A DNA stretch of 64,000 nucleotides from Acidobacteriota bacterium (GTDB lineage: Bacteria; Acidobacteriota; UBA6911), in the NCBI GenBank assembly GCA_965249005.1, contig CBDFLD010000023.1, positions 559,219 through 623,218 on the forward strand, given 5' to 3'. Positions 9,961 through 18,264 of this stretch are shown here, piece by piece. The first letter of the stretch is position 1. Every line of letters starts with the position of its first letter. Made by a program: the position numbers and the translations under genes. The notes beneath the pieces were generated by a model that saw only the letters and a program-made list of their open reading frames with translations, did not search any database and was not told the origin of the DNA.

Positions 9961-11018
9961 CAGTCCAAGCTATTCCGCACACCGAGCTCGACTTCGAGCA
10001 GAAGATTCAGTGGATCAAGCAGTCGGTTCGGGACATGCTCGAGGAACGGGAGCGCGGCTACCGGCACGACGGTATTGCGCTGGCGTCGGAGTTTTGGGTG
10101 AAATCCTTGCAGAGAGTCCAGTACTTGATGGATCTCCCGGACAAGCATTTCCGCAACATCCGATACCACACGCTCTTCCTCTCAGGCGGCCAGTTTTACA
10201 CCATGATGGATCCGCCGCCTGATCCCCGGCAGTTGGCCATGAATCTCGGATATCACTGGGTGACCCGCTCCATTCCTCGGCGGTACTGGCTGAGTGAGCC
10301 AAAGGCGGACTTCACCAACGACCTCTTTGATTTCAGCTTCAACTACAAGGAACACTGGGTCAATTTCCATATCGCCTGGTACCAGAAGACGGTATTCAAC
10401 CTTTATCAAGCAGGATTCTTCGAAGACTTCAGGGATCCCTTGATCGTGGAGATCGGGACGGGCTACGGGGGACTGGCTCACGGCTTGTTCAACTGCCTCG
10501 AGAGCGGCGGGACCTACATCCTGGTCGACCTCCCGGAGATGTTTTTATTTTCCGCCAGCTACATCGCACTGAACAACCCGTCGGCAAGAATCTATATCTA
10601 TCAACCCAAGACCTTTTCCCCGGACATTGTGACAGGCAAGGCAGGCCGATACGACTTCATCTTCCTCCCGAACTACCAGTTCCGAGAGTTGCAGAACCTC
10701 GCGGAGATCAACCTGTTTCTGAATACTCAGTCGTTTCAGGAAATGACAGAGCCGCAGGTAACCGCATATCTCGACCTCGCTCAGTCCAAGTTGAACGGAT
10801 TTCTTTACAGCGACAACTTGGACCGTCACACGCATAATCCCTCTCTGAATTCGGTAACCCGGCTCTTGCAGGAACGATTCAATTTGACCCCTCCGGCGCG
10901 CTACTACGATCAGATCGAGCAGAGGGACAAGAATGCCTTGTACAGGCGCTATGTCGGGGTGCCCAAAACACAGGATTGGGATAGTTTCGACTACGACCGG
11001 TTGGCCATCCCGTATTAG
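9957..11018 (+). CDS. class I SAM-dependent methyltransferase-like protein (putative sugar O-methyltransferase)
   Basis: 353 aa with VEIGTGYGGLAHGL glycine-rich motif I and an acidic LVDLPE motif II. Sits in a deoxysugar cluster. Confidence 0.45.
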   Translation: MTVQAIPHTELDFEQKIQWIKQSVRDMLEERERGYRHDGIALASEFWVKSLQRVQYLMDLPDKHFRNIRYHTLFLSGGQFYTMMDPPPDPRQLAMNLGYHWVTRSIPRRYWLSEPKADFTNDLFDFSFNYKEHWVNFHIAWYQKTVFNLYQAGFFEDFRDPLIVEIGTGYGGLAHGLFNCLESGGTYILVDLPEMFLFSASYIALNNPSARIYIYQPKTFSPDIVTGKAGRYDFIFLPNYQFRELQNLAEINLFLNTQSFQEMTEPQVTAYLDLAQSKLNGFLYSDNLDRHTHNPSLNSVTRLLQERFNLTPPARYYDQIEQRDKNALYRRYVGVPKTQDWDSFDYDRLAIPY

Positions 11019-11074
11019 ATCCGTTTCGATCATTGGATAGTTTCGACTACGACCGGTTGGCCATCCCGTACTAA
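10976..11074 (+). repeat. ~56-bp imperfect tandem duplication spanning the 3' end of the MTase-like gene and the start of the next gene
   Basis: GGATAGTTTCGACTACGACCGGTTGGCCATCCCGTA occurs at 10978-11013 and 11034-11069. The flanks are also similar (TAGATCCGTTTCGATC vs AAATGCCGTTCGATC). Confidence 0.6.
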
Positions 11075-12010
11075 ATGCCGTTCGATCTGACGAGAACGAT
11101 CACCCCGACCGACTGGGCACTGTTTCTTGGTTGCCCGGCCAGCCTCCTGCCGGCCGAATGTGTCGAGACGGCCGCCGCGCACGATTTTCGATATCGCGTT
11201 CTTGCGGGACAAGATCGGGAGAACGTTTTCCTCAGAGTGTTCAAGGCGCTGCACTCACAACTCGAGGTATCCGGGCCCCACCGACTCCGCCGGTGGGAGG
11301 ACGGCTGGTCAGAAAACTTACGCGAATTCGAGCGGTCCGACTTCGATCCAGGCACTCTCGTTCCAAAGTTCATAAAGAACGACGTCAAGCGTCTCCGGGG
11401 TGAGTACATCCTCCCGGAGAGCACGAGCTTCGAGATCGACTTTGTTTCTGTTCTCTGGCAATTCCTCTTTAGAACCTACTTTTCACAAGCCGAGTCGATA
11501 TACGAGTTTGGTTGCGGCCCCGGGCAAAACCTGGTCGAACTCGCCAGAATCTATCCCGACAAGAGGCTCTATGGATTGGACTGGGCCCAATCCGCCCTCG
11601 ACATAGTCGAAAACTTGAGGGGGCGGCTCGGCATCCACGTTCGGGCAGAGAGGTTCGACTTCTTTTCGCCCAGCGATGCGCTACGCCTCGAAGAAGGCGC
11701 CGCCGTCTTCACCGCCGGCGCACTGGAGCAGACCGGAGTGCGGTTCCAGCGTTTTCTGGACTGGCTACTGGAACAGTCGTTTTCCGTTTGCGTCAACGTG
11801 GAAACTCTTCAAGAAACCTACGATCCAGCCAAACTCTTCGATTACGTGGCTAGCAGCTACATAGAGAAACGGGGCTATCTACAGGGTTATCTCACGGCCC
11901 TTCGCCGGCTCGAGGAACAAGGAGTGGTTCGCATTCTCAAGGTTCACCGTGTTTTCGGCAGCCTCTACAACGACGTCTATACCTACGTGGCCTGGGAAAA
12001 AGCCCAATGA
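11075..12010 (+). CDS. class I SAM-dependent methyltransferase
   Basis: YEFGCGPGQNLVELA...LYGLDWA motif I/II. 311 aa. Confidence 0.55.
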   Translation: MPFDLTRTITPTDWALFLGCPASLLPAECVETAAAHDFRYRVLAGQDRENVFLRVFKALHSQLEVSGPHRLRRWEDGWSENLREFERSDFDPGTLVPKFIKNDVKRLRGEYILPESTSFEIDFVSVLWQFLFRTYFSQAESIYEFGCGPGQNLVELARIYPDKRLYGLDWAQSALDIVENLRGRLGIHVRAERFDFFSPSDALRLEEGAAVFTAGALEQTGVRFQRFLDWLLEQSFSVCVNVETLQETYDPAKLFDYVASSYIEKRGYLQGYLTALRRLEEQGVVRILKVHRVFGSLYNDVYTYVAWEKAQ

Positions 12011-13026
12011 TTCAAAAAGAGGTGCGCGATTACTACAAAAACAGAGAGGCCCTGGTAACAGGGGGCACTGGTTTGATCGGGCGATGCGTCGTACTCCAGC
12101 TCTTGGAGCTGGGAGCCCGGGTGACGGTAGTGTCTCTGGATGAGATCGATCCTCCCTCCGATGTAGGTTTCATCCGAGGAGACCTCACAGACTTCGGGTT
12201 CTGCCGAGAGGTATCGGCCGGGATGGAGGTCGTGTTTCACGTTGCCGGGATCAAGGGTTCTCTCGAGGTCACACGGACCAAGCCGGCCTCCTTCTTCGTC
12301 CCACTGCTTCAAATGAACACAAACATACTGGAAGCCGCTCGAATGAACCGGGTCCAGAAGATCCTGTACACGAGCTCCATTGGAGCGTATCCCAGCGCTG
12401 AGGTGTTCATCGAACCCCAAGACGGAGAACTGACTGACGAGAAACCTCCGATGGATCACTTCCCTGGGTGGGCGAAGCGAATGGCCGAAATGCAGATTCG
12501 ATCCTACCAGATTCAGTATGGAGAGCGGCACTACGCCGTCGTCCGACCCTGCAACGTTTACGGCCCCGGAGACAACTTCGATCCGGACAACGCCATGGTC
12601 ATTCCTTCCTTGATGGCCAGAATTCATGGTGGCGAAAACCCTGTCAAGATCTGGGGCGACGGCAAGGCGATCCGGGATTTCGCCTTCAGCAAAGACGTGG
12701 CTCGAGGGATGATTCAGGCATCATACTACGGGACCGAGGGAGGCTTTGTGAATCTTGGAAGTGGTTCTGGATGCTCCATCGAGGAACTCGTCTCCACGCT
12801 CAAGACAGTCGTCCCGTTCGAGTACGAATTCGATCAAAACAAGCCGAGTGGCTTCCCGAGGAGAATCATGGACATATCCAAGGCTCAGGCAATGATCGGC
12901 TACCAGCCTACTACCCCGCTCCTCGAAGGTCTAAAGCAAACCTGGGACTGGTTCTGTCAGAACCCGACAGAATACGAGCAGAGGAAAAACTACTTTCGAG
13001 CTGAGCTCGATGGAGTTGGAGCGTGA
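12007..13026 (+). CDS. NAD(P)-dependent epimerase/reductase, GDP-L-fucose synthase family, paralog 2
   Basis: ALVTGGTGLIG and RPCNVYGPGDNFDPDNAMVIPSLMARIHGGE. 339 aa. Confidence 0.7.
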   Translation: MIQKEVRDYYKNREALVTGGTGLIGRCVVLQLLELGARVTVVSLDEIDPPSDVGFIRGDLTDFGFCREVSAGMEVVFHVAGIKGSLEVTRTKPASFFVPLLQMNTNILEAARMNRVQKILYTSSIGAYPSAEVFIEPQDGELTDEKPPMDHFPGWAKRMAEMQIRSYQIQYGERHYAVVRPCNVYGPGDNFDPDNAMVIPSLMARIHGGENPVKIWGDGKAIRDFAFSKDVARGMIQASYYGTEGGFVNLGSGSGCSIEELVSTLKTVVPFEYEFDQNKPSGFPRRIMDISKAQAMIGYQPTTPLLEGLKQTWDWFCQNPTEYEQRKNYFRAELDGVGA

Positions 13027-13577
13027 TAGACAACACCGGAAATAGCGCAACCATTGAAGGCCTGGAGTTGCAGATCCGGCCCGCGAGGCTGGAAGGGGTC
13101 CAGGTTATTACTCCCCCCACCATATTCGAAGACTTCCGTGGTCACTATGTCGAGACCTACAATCAGGCCCTGTATCGTTCCGCCGGGATCGACATGGAAT
13201 TCAAACAAGACGACATTTCCGTGTCGCGCCGCAATGTCTTGCGCGGGATCCATGGGGACCGGAAAACCTACAAGCTCGTTTCGTGTCTCTGGGGAAGCTT
13301 CTACCTGGTGGTGGTAAACAACAACCCCGAATCGGCTCAATACCGACAGTGGGAATCGTTCACCATCTCGAGCGCCAACCGATTGCAAGTTCTCGTCCCG
13401 CCGTTCTTTGGAAATGGGCACCTCGCTCTGAGCAGCCATTCCCTTTTCCACTACAAGCAAACCAACTACTACGACCGTGCGAGTCAGTTCACGCTCCGCT
13501 GGAACGACCCGGAGCTCAAGATCTGGTGGCCGATCCGAGAGCCGATCACTTCTCAGCGAGACGAGGGCACCTCTTGA
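13023..13577 (+). CDS. dTDP-4-dehydrorhamnose 3,5-epimerase-like (RmlC cupin) sugar epimerase
   Basis: GTG start overlapping the upstream stop. RmlC-like beta-barrel with VQVITPPTIFEDFRGHYVETYN and an FHYKQTNYYD region. 184 aa. Confidence 0.65.
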   Translation: MIDNTGNSATIEGLELQIRPARLEGVQVITPPTIFEDFRGHYVETYNQALYRSAGIDMEFKQDDISVSRRNVLRGIHGDRKTYKLVSCLWGSFYLVVVNNNPESAQYRQWESFTISSANRLQVLVPPFFGNGHLALSSHSLFHYKQTNYYDRASQFTLRWNDPELKIWWPIREPITSQRDEGTS

Positions 13578-14590
13578 TCCGCACAGACGAGTTCTTCCGC
13601 GGAGCCAAGGTTCTGGTAACGGGGGCCGCGGGATTCGTGGGCACGAATCTCTTGGCGGCTTTGAGCCGGCGCGGAGCCGATATTCGCGCTGTCGTGCACG
13701 ACCGTCTCCCACAGATCGAGGATTCCAGCATAAAGTTCGTACGAGCGGATCTCACGTCAGCCGACGATTGCGCTCGTGTTGCGAAATCGAGAGAGTACGT
13801 CTTCATGTGCGCCGCCAATACATCCGGTGCCGCAGTGATCGAGAAGACTCCGCTGGCGCACGTAACCCCAAATGTCATCATGAACACCCTCATGATGGAG
13901 GCGGCTCACCGCGCCGGCGCGCGCAAGTTTCTTTTCATAAGTAGCAACACCGTCTATCCTGACCTCGATCACCCCGTTGAAGAGACCGAGATGCTGTCGG
14001 GGGACCCGTATCCGAAGTATTTCCCCGTGGCTTGGATGAAGCGTTTTGGAGAGATCTTGGGACAGGCCTACGCCGAAAAGATCCCTCGGAAAATGCCGGT
14101 AGTGGTTCTGCGCCCCGGAAATCTCTACGGTCCGTACGACGATTTTCAGTGGGAGACAAGCCACGTTCTTCCAGCACTGATGCGAAAGGTCGTGGAGCGG
14201 CACGATCCGTTGGAGGTCTGGGGCGACGGAAAGGACGTCAAGGACTTCCTCTACATCGACGACTTTGTTCGCGGAATGTTGCTCGCCATGCCGAAATCGA
14301 AAGGTTTTGTGTGTTTCAACATCGCTTCGGGCAGGGAAACCGTGCTCCGTGATGCCCTGGACATCATGCTCGAGGTCGAGGGGTACCGCAACGCGCGTGT
14401 CGTGTGCAACACCGACAAGCCTTCGATGATTCCCAAGCGCCTGATCAGTATCGAGAAGGCTCGAGCCTCGCTCGGTTTCGAACCAACCGTCTCGCTTCGC
14501 GACGGAATCACAAACACAATACAGTGGTACCGATCTCAGCGTCTCGCACTCCACGTGGGTGCCGGGAAGGAGCTGATCGCTCTCCAGTAA
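13574..14590 (+). CDS. NAD(P)-dependent epimerase/reductase, GDP-L-fucose synthase family, paralog 3
   Basis: VLVTGAAGFVGTNL and RPGNLYGPYDDFQWETSHVLPALMRKV. Probable TTG start at 13574 overlapping the RmlC stop; the listed ATG at 13283 would overlap RmlC by 290 nt. Confidence 0.6.
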   Translation: MIRTDEFFRGAKVLVTGAAGFVGTNLLAALSRRGADIRAVVHDRLPQIEDSSIKFVRADLTSADDCARVAKSREYVFMCAANTSGAAVIEKTPLAHVTPNVIMNTLMMEAAHRAGARKFLFISSNTVYPDLDHPVEETEMLSGDPYPKYFPVAWMKRFGEILGQAYAEKIPRKMPVVVLRPGNLYGPYDDFQWETSHVLPALMRKVVERHDPLEVWGDGKDVKDFLYIDDFVRGMLLAMPKSKGFVCFNIASGRETVLRDALDIMLEVEGYRNARVVCNTDKPSMIPKRLISIEKARASLGFEPTVSLRDGITNTIQWYRSQRLALHVGAGKELIALQ

Positions 14591-14682
14591 CTGCTCGCGG
14601 ATCTGCTCTTATGCGCGTAACTTAACAAATCGCCAAGAACCACGTTTTCAGGCTGTACAATGCAGTTACGTTCCCAAGCGAC

Positions 14683-14737
14683 TGGCGCGTTGCGCCAGTC
14701 CGAAGTGACCGGCGCAACGTGCCGGTCAGACGCTGAC
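14683..14737 (+). promoter_or_regulatory. cluster of overlapping, mutually exclusive hairpins in the leader of the GHMP kinase gene
   Basis: Hairpins: TGGCGC-GTT-GCGCCA (14683-97); TTGCGCC...GGCGCAA (14690-14717); GACCGGC-n7-GCCGGTC (14707-27); GTCAG-ACG-CTGAC (14725-37). The last ends 6 nt before ATG 14744. Confidence 0.3.
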
Positions 14738-14743
14738 CGCCCC

Positions 14744-15787
14744 ATGATAATAAGCAAAACACCTTTTCGTATTTCGTTCTTTGGAGGGGGGACCGACTAC
14801 CCGGCCTGGTACACCGAGAATGGCGGTACCGTCATCAGTGCGACCATCGACAAGTACTGTTACGTAAACTGTCGTTATCTCCCGCCCTTCTTCGAGTACA
14901 ACTACCGGATCCGATACACCTCCCAGGAAGGTGCCCACAGCCTGGAAGAAATCGAGCACCCTTCGGTTCGGGAGTGCATTCGCTTTATGGGCATTCCCGA
15001 CGGACTCGAGGTTCAGCACAACGCGGACCTGCCCGCGCAATCGGGTCTCGGGTCCAGTTCGTCTTTTACGGTTGGCATGCTCCACTGCCTCCACGGGCTT
15101 CTCGGCAAGATCGTGGAGAAAAAGGACCTCGCCTGCGACGCGATCACCGTGGAGCAAACATTGATTGAAGAGAATGTAGGGTCTCAGGATCAAGTAGCAG
15201 CCGCCTACGGCGGCTTCAACCGGATCGACTTCGGACCCGGGAGCGCCCTGTCGGTGGAACGCCTCTTGCTGGATCTCGACTACATCGAGCATCTCGAAGG
15301 TCGTCTGTTGCTGTTCTTCACCGGATTCCAGCGAACAGCCTCTCAAATAGCCGAGCATCAAATTCGAAACACACCGGCCAAACGGCGCGAGCTTCGTGCC
15401 ATGATGGAGCTTGTCAAAGAAGCCTTGAGTGTATTCAAGAAAGGCCCCCGACACCTCGACGAGATTGGCCGTTTGCTAAATGAACAGTGGGAAATAAAGA
15501 AGCAGATGAGCCATCTGATCAGCAACCCTGCACTGGACGACATCTATGACTCGGCTCGCAGTGCAGGGGCCACAGGCGGCAAGCTGCTCGGTGCCGGAGG
15601 AGGCGGTTTCTTTCTCTTTTTTGCTCCCCCGGAACGACACGCCCAAATCCGACTGCGCCTATCCGAGCTGGTGTACGTCCCCGTCAAGTTCGAGGGTCTC
15701 GGAAGCCAGATCATCTACTACACACCTTCAAAGCCGCTGGCCCGCGCCTCTGAATTCGACCCTTCCGTACAGTTCGCCTCCGCCTAG
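14744..15787 (+). CDS. GHMP-family sugar kinase (D-glycero-alpha-D-manno-heptose 7-phosphate kinase HddA-like)
   Basis: N-terminus MIISKTPFRISFFGGGTDYP and GHMP ATP-binding motif PAQSGLGSSSSFTVG. The alternative ATG at 14660 adds 28 low-complexity residues overlapping a hairpin cluster. Confidence 0.6.
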   Translation: MIISKTPFRISFFGGGTDYPAWYTENGGTVISATIDKYCYVNCRYLPPFFEYNYRIRYTSQEGAHSLEEIEHPSVRECIRFMGIPDGLEVQHNADLPAQSGLGSSSSFTVGMLHCLHGLLGKIVEKKDLACDAITVEQTLIEENVGSQDQVAAAYGGFNRIDFGPGSALSVERLLLDLDYIEHLEGRLLLFFTGFQRTASQIAEHQIRNTPAKRRELRAMMELVKEALSVFKKGPRHLDEIGRLLNEQWEIKKQMSHLISNPALDDIYDSARSAGATGGKLLGAGGGGFFLFFAPPERHAQIRLRLSELVYVPVKFEGLGSQIIYYTPSKPLARASEFDPSVQFASA

Positions 15788-15806
15788 CGCTCCCGTCACT
15801 AGTCCG

Positions 15807-16613
15807 CTAGGGACAATCCCGGTCCTCATCCTGGCCGGCGGCAAGGGCACCCGTCTTGCCGGCGTCGTGGGTTCCGTGCCGAAAGCCCTTGCCCCCGTTC
15901 GCGGCCGTCCTTTCTCGGAGATTCTGATCGAACGGTTCATTGCGGCGGGCTTTCGCCGCTTTGTCTTCGCCACTGGATACGAGTCCGGTCAAATACGGGA
16001 TCACTTTGCCATGGACTCGGCGTCGGTCACCATATCCTTCTCGAACGAGACCCGTCCACTGGGAACCGGTGGTGCCATTTGGAACGCCCGCCCACACCTT
16101 GGCGGCAACGGTTTCGTCGTGTCGAACGGGGATTCGCTTTGTCACGTTGATTACCGCGCCTTGCAGCAATTTCACAAACAGAAGCAGGCTCTCTGCTCGA
16201 TGGTGCTCTCCAGAGCCGAAGACCCGAGCGACTACGGAAGCGTTTCCATCGATGGCGAGGGTCGAATAGTCGGATTCGATGAGAAGCCAGCCACCGGTCT
16301 TCCCGCCCGCCCGGCTGACGACGACAAACGGCGGACCGGTCGGATGAACAGCGGGGTCTATTGTCCAGCTGGCGACGACAAAGGGCGATCCGGTTGGATA
16401 AACAGCGGGGTCTATTGGATGGACCCAGGGATATTTGATTACTGGTCCGATGGTCCGGTGTTCTCTATCGAACGAGATTTCTTTCCCAGAGCCCTGCAGA
16501 CCGGTCGGCTCTTCGGCTTTCCGACATCCGGGGAGGTGCTCGACATCGGCACGCCAGAGCGCTACTCCCGGATCCAATCGTTGAATTTTCACCATACGGT
16601 ATTGAAATCCTGA
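15807..16613 (+). CDS. sugar-1-phosphate nucleotidyltransferase (HddC/GMP-like)
   Basis: PVLILAGGKGTRL...NSGVYWMDPGIF nucleotidyltransferase signature. The frame is open back to ATG 15546, but no ATG/GTG/TTG lies between the kinase stop (15787) and the LAGG motif, so the start is unresolved. Contains a 54-bp in-frame tandem duplication. Confidence 0.5.
   Translation, partial: LGTIPVLILAGGKGTRLAGVVGSVPKALAPVRGRPFSEILIERFIAAGFRRFVFATGYESGQIRDHFAMDSASVTISFSNETRPLGTGGAIWNARPHLGGNGFVVSNGDSLCHVDYRALQQFHKQKQALCSMVLSRAEDPSDYGSVSIDGEGRIVGFDEKPATGLPARPADDDKRRTGRMNSGVYCPAGDDKGRSGWINSGVYWMDPGIFDYWSDGPVFSIERDFFPRALQTGRLFGFPTSGEVLDIGTPERYSRIQSLNFHHTVLKS
16320..16417 (+). repeat. 54-bp in-frame imperfect tandem duplication inside the nucleotidyltransferase gene
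   Basis: Copy 1 at 16320-16363 and copy 2 at 16374-16417 (~80% identical), encoding DDKRRTGRMNSGVYCPAG / DDKGRSGWINSGVYWMDP. Confidence 0.6.
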
Positions 16614-16644
16614 AAACTCGAGGCTCCAAACAAAGAGATTATTT

Positions 16645-16654
16645 CCCCCCCCCC
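16645..16654 (+). repeat. C10 homopolymer tract upstream of the tandem GT2 paralog array
   Basis: ATTTCCCCCCCCCCGTTT: ten consecutive C residues, 39-95 nt upstream of the candidate starts of GT2 paralog A. Confidence 0.6.
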
Positions 16655-16749
16655 GTTTCAGTTTTTTCTCCCGGCGCCAACCGGGAATTGAATTGAGTGT
16701 TCTGCTAAAGGGGCGGCGAGCGCTTAGCGGAAAAGCGGATAGCGACAAC

Positions 16750-18264
16750 ATGCAAACACCACGCTTCAGTGTCCTGACGATCGTCAAAAACCGTAAGGCG
16801 ACGATCCAGCGGTGCATCGAATCCATCCTGGCCCAGGATTACCCTGATGTCGAGCTCGTGGTACAGGATGGAGCCTCCACCGATGGAACCCTGGAGATAC
16901 TGCGAAGCTACAACGGCCGGCTCGCGCTCCAGTCGGAACCGGACAAGGGAGCCACTCCCGCCTTCTTCAAAGCACTCGAGCGATGCACCGGGACCCTTTG
17001 GTGCGTTTGCATGTCCGACGAAGCCTTGCCGCCCGGGACGCTAAACTGGGCGGCCGCTCGGCTGCGGGAAAATCCCAAGTTGGGGGTGGTTTATGGAGAC
17101 GCCGAGATCATCGACTTCGAAGGAAAGGTCCTCAGCACGTACCGGCCTGCACCGGCCCTCAACTTCGAGAAGTACCTGATCGGGCAGGTCCGCCCCATCT
17201 TCTCGGCCAGCTTCTGGCGGCTGGAGGCGATCCGGTCGTCCGGACTGACCGAGTTCGACGGTGCCGGTGAAGTGGAGCAATGGTTGCGTGTGGCTGCCCA
17301 CTATCCTATCCGCTACTTCCCACGGGTGGTCTCGCGTTACGGCTACGCAGAGGAGACCCTCTCGAATACGGATATTCATCATCCTGACGCTGACGAGGAA
17401 CCTCATGAGACCGTGATCAACCAGGTCTTGAAAGATACGGACAAAGGAAGGGAGTGCGCCCACCTTCGCGAGCGAGCTCACAGCGGCGTTCATCTGTGGC
17501 ACGCCGTCTGCTTGCTCTGCAATGACCGGCCGCAAGAGGCTCTCCCGGTACTGGCAAAGGGACTGTTGAAATCTCCGTCTCGTGAACGCCTTCTGGACGT
17601 CTGGGACAAGGCCGAGCTCCTTCAGAACGCCGTCCGGCGACACAACCGTGACAAATCCGAGCAGCGAGCCTCTCCCGTTCGATTCGCGTACGATCGCATC
17701 GCGACCCAGATCGAAGATGGGGAGATCGAGCAGGCCAAGTCCGCCATTCTCTTCCTTCAGGATGAGCTCCATCAAGCACCGCTGCCGGCTCCGATCATTC
17801 CCGCTGATCTTGTTCTTTCCAGGCAGACTCCGGGGGCGGACCCCACCCACCCGACCGATCCGATTGCACTCAACCTCCTTTCGGAATGGCTTCACGCGCT
17901 GCTGACCGGAACATCCTCTTTGACGGAAGGACTCAAATATTACACGGCCCGCCCGCTCTTCATTTATGGCGGTGGAAATCTTGGGGGCATTGTCTATCAG
18001 GACTGCCTCCGCAACGGCATCGATGTTTCGGGAATCATCGACCAAAGGGGAGATTCCATCCGAAGTCAATGGAACGGCACCAGCGTGTACACTCCGCGAC
18101 AGGTGTCGTCCGCCCTTACCGGTTCGGCCATGATCCTGCTGGCCCTTTATCGAAACGAGCAGGAACAAGAAGCCGAGCGACTGCTCCGGCAGCTGGTTCC
18201 CGCATCGTGTCCCATCTTATCCTGGAAACTTCTTTCGCTCATCAGTCTTGCAAAGATCGACTAA
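16750..18264 (+). CDS. family 2 glycosyltransferase with C-terminal NeuD/PglD-N-like Rossmann domain (paralog A)
   Basis: GT2 core FSVLTIVKNRKATIQRCIESILAQDYPDVELVVQDGASTDGT plus a ~300-aa extension ending LFIYGGGNLGGIVYQDCLRNGIDVSGIIDQ...W..TSVYTP. Confidence 0.55.
   Translation: MQTPRFSVLTIVKNRKATIQRCIESILAQDYPDVELVVQDGASTDGTLEILRSYNGRLALQSEPDKGATPAFFKALERCTGTLWCVCMSDEALPPGTLNWAAARLRENPKLGVVYGDAEIIDFEGKVLSTYRPAPALNFEKYLIGQVRPIFSASFWRLEAIRSSGLTEFDGAGEVEQWLRVAAHYPIRYFPRVVSRYGYAEETLSNTDIHHPDADEEPHETVINQVLKDTDKGRECAHLRERAHSGVHLWHAVCLLCNDRPQEALPVLAKGLLKSPSRERLLDVWDKAELLQNAVRRHNRDKSEQRASPVRFAYDRIATQIEDGEIEQAKSAILFLQDELHQAPLPAPIIPADLVLSRQTPGADPTHPTDPIALNLLSEWLHALLTGTSSLTEGLKYYTARPLFIYGGGNLGGIVYQDCLRNGIDVSGIIDQRGDSIRSQWNGTSVYTPRQVSSALTGSAMILLALYRNEQEQEAERLLRQLVPASCPILSWKLLSLISLAKID

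Noticed and set aside
16655-16690. Hairpin CCCGG-CGCCAA-CCGGG as a rho-independent terminator after the nucleotidyltransferase
   Set aside because: The T-run precedes rather than follows the stem on the plus strand, and on the minus strand it is followed by an A-run, so it is not a canonical intrinsic terminator.
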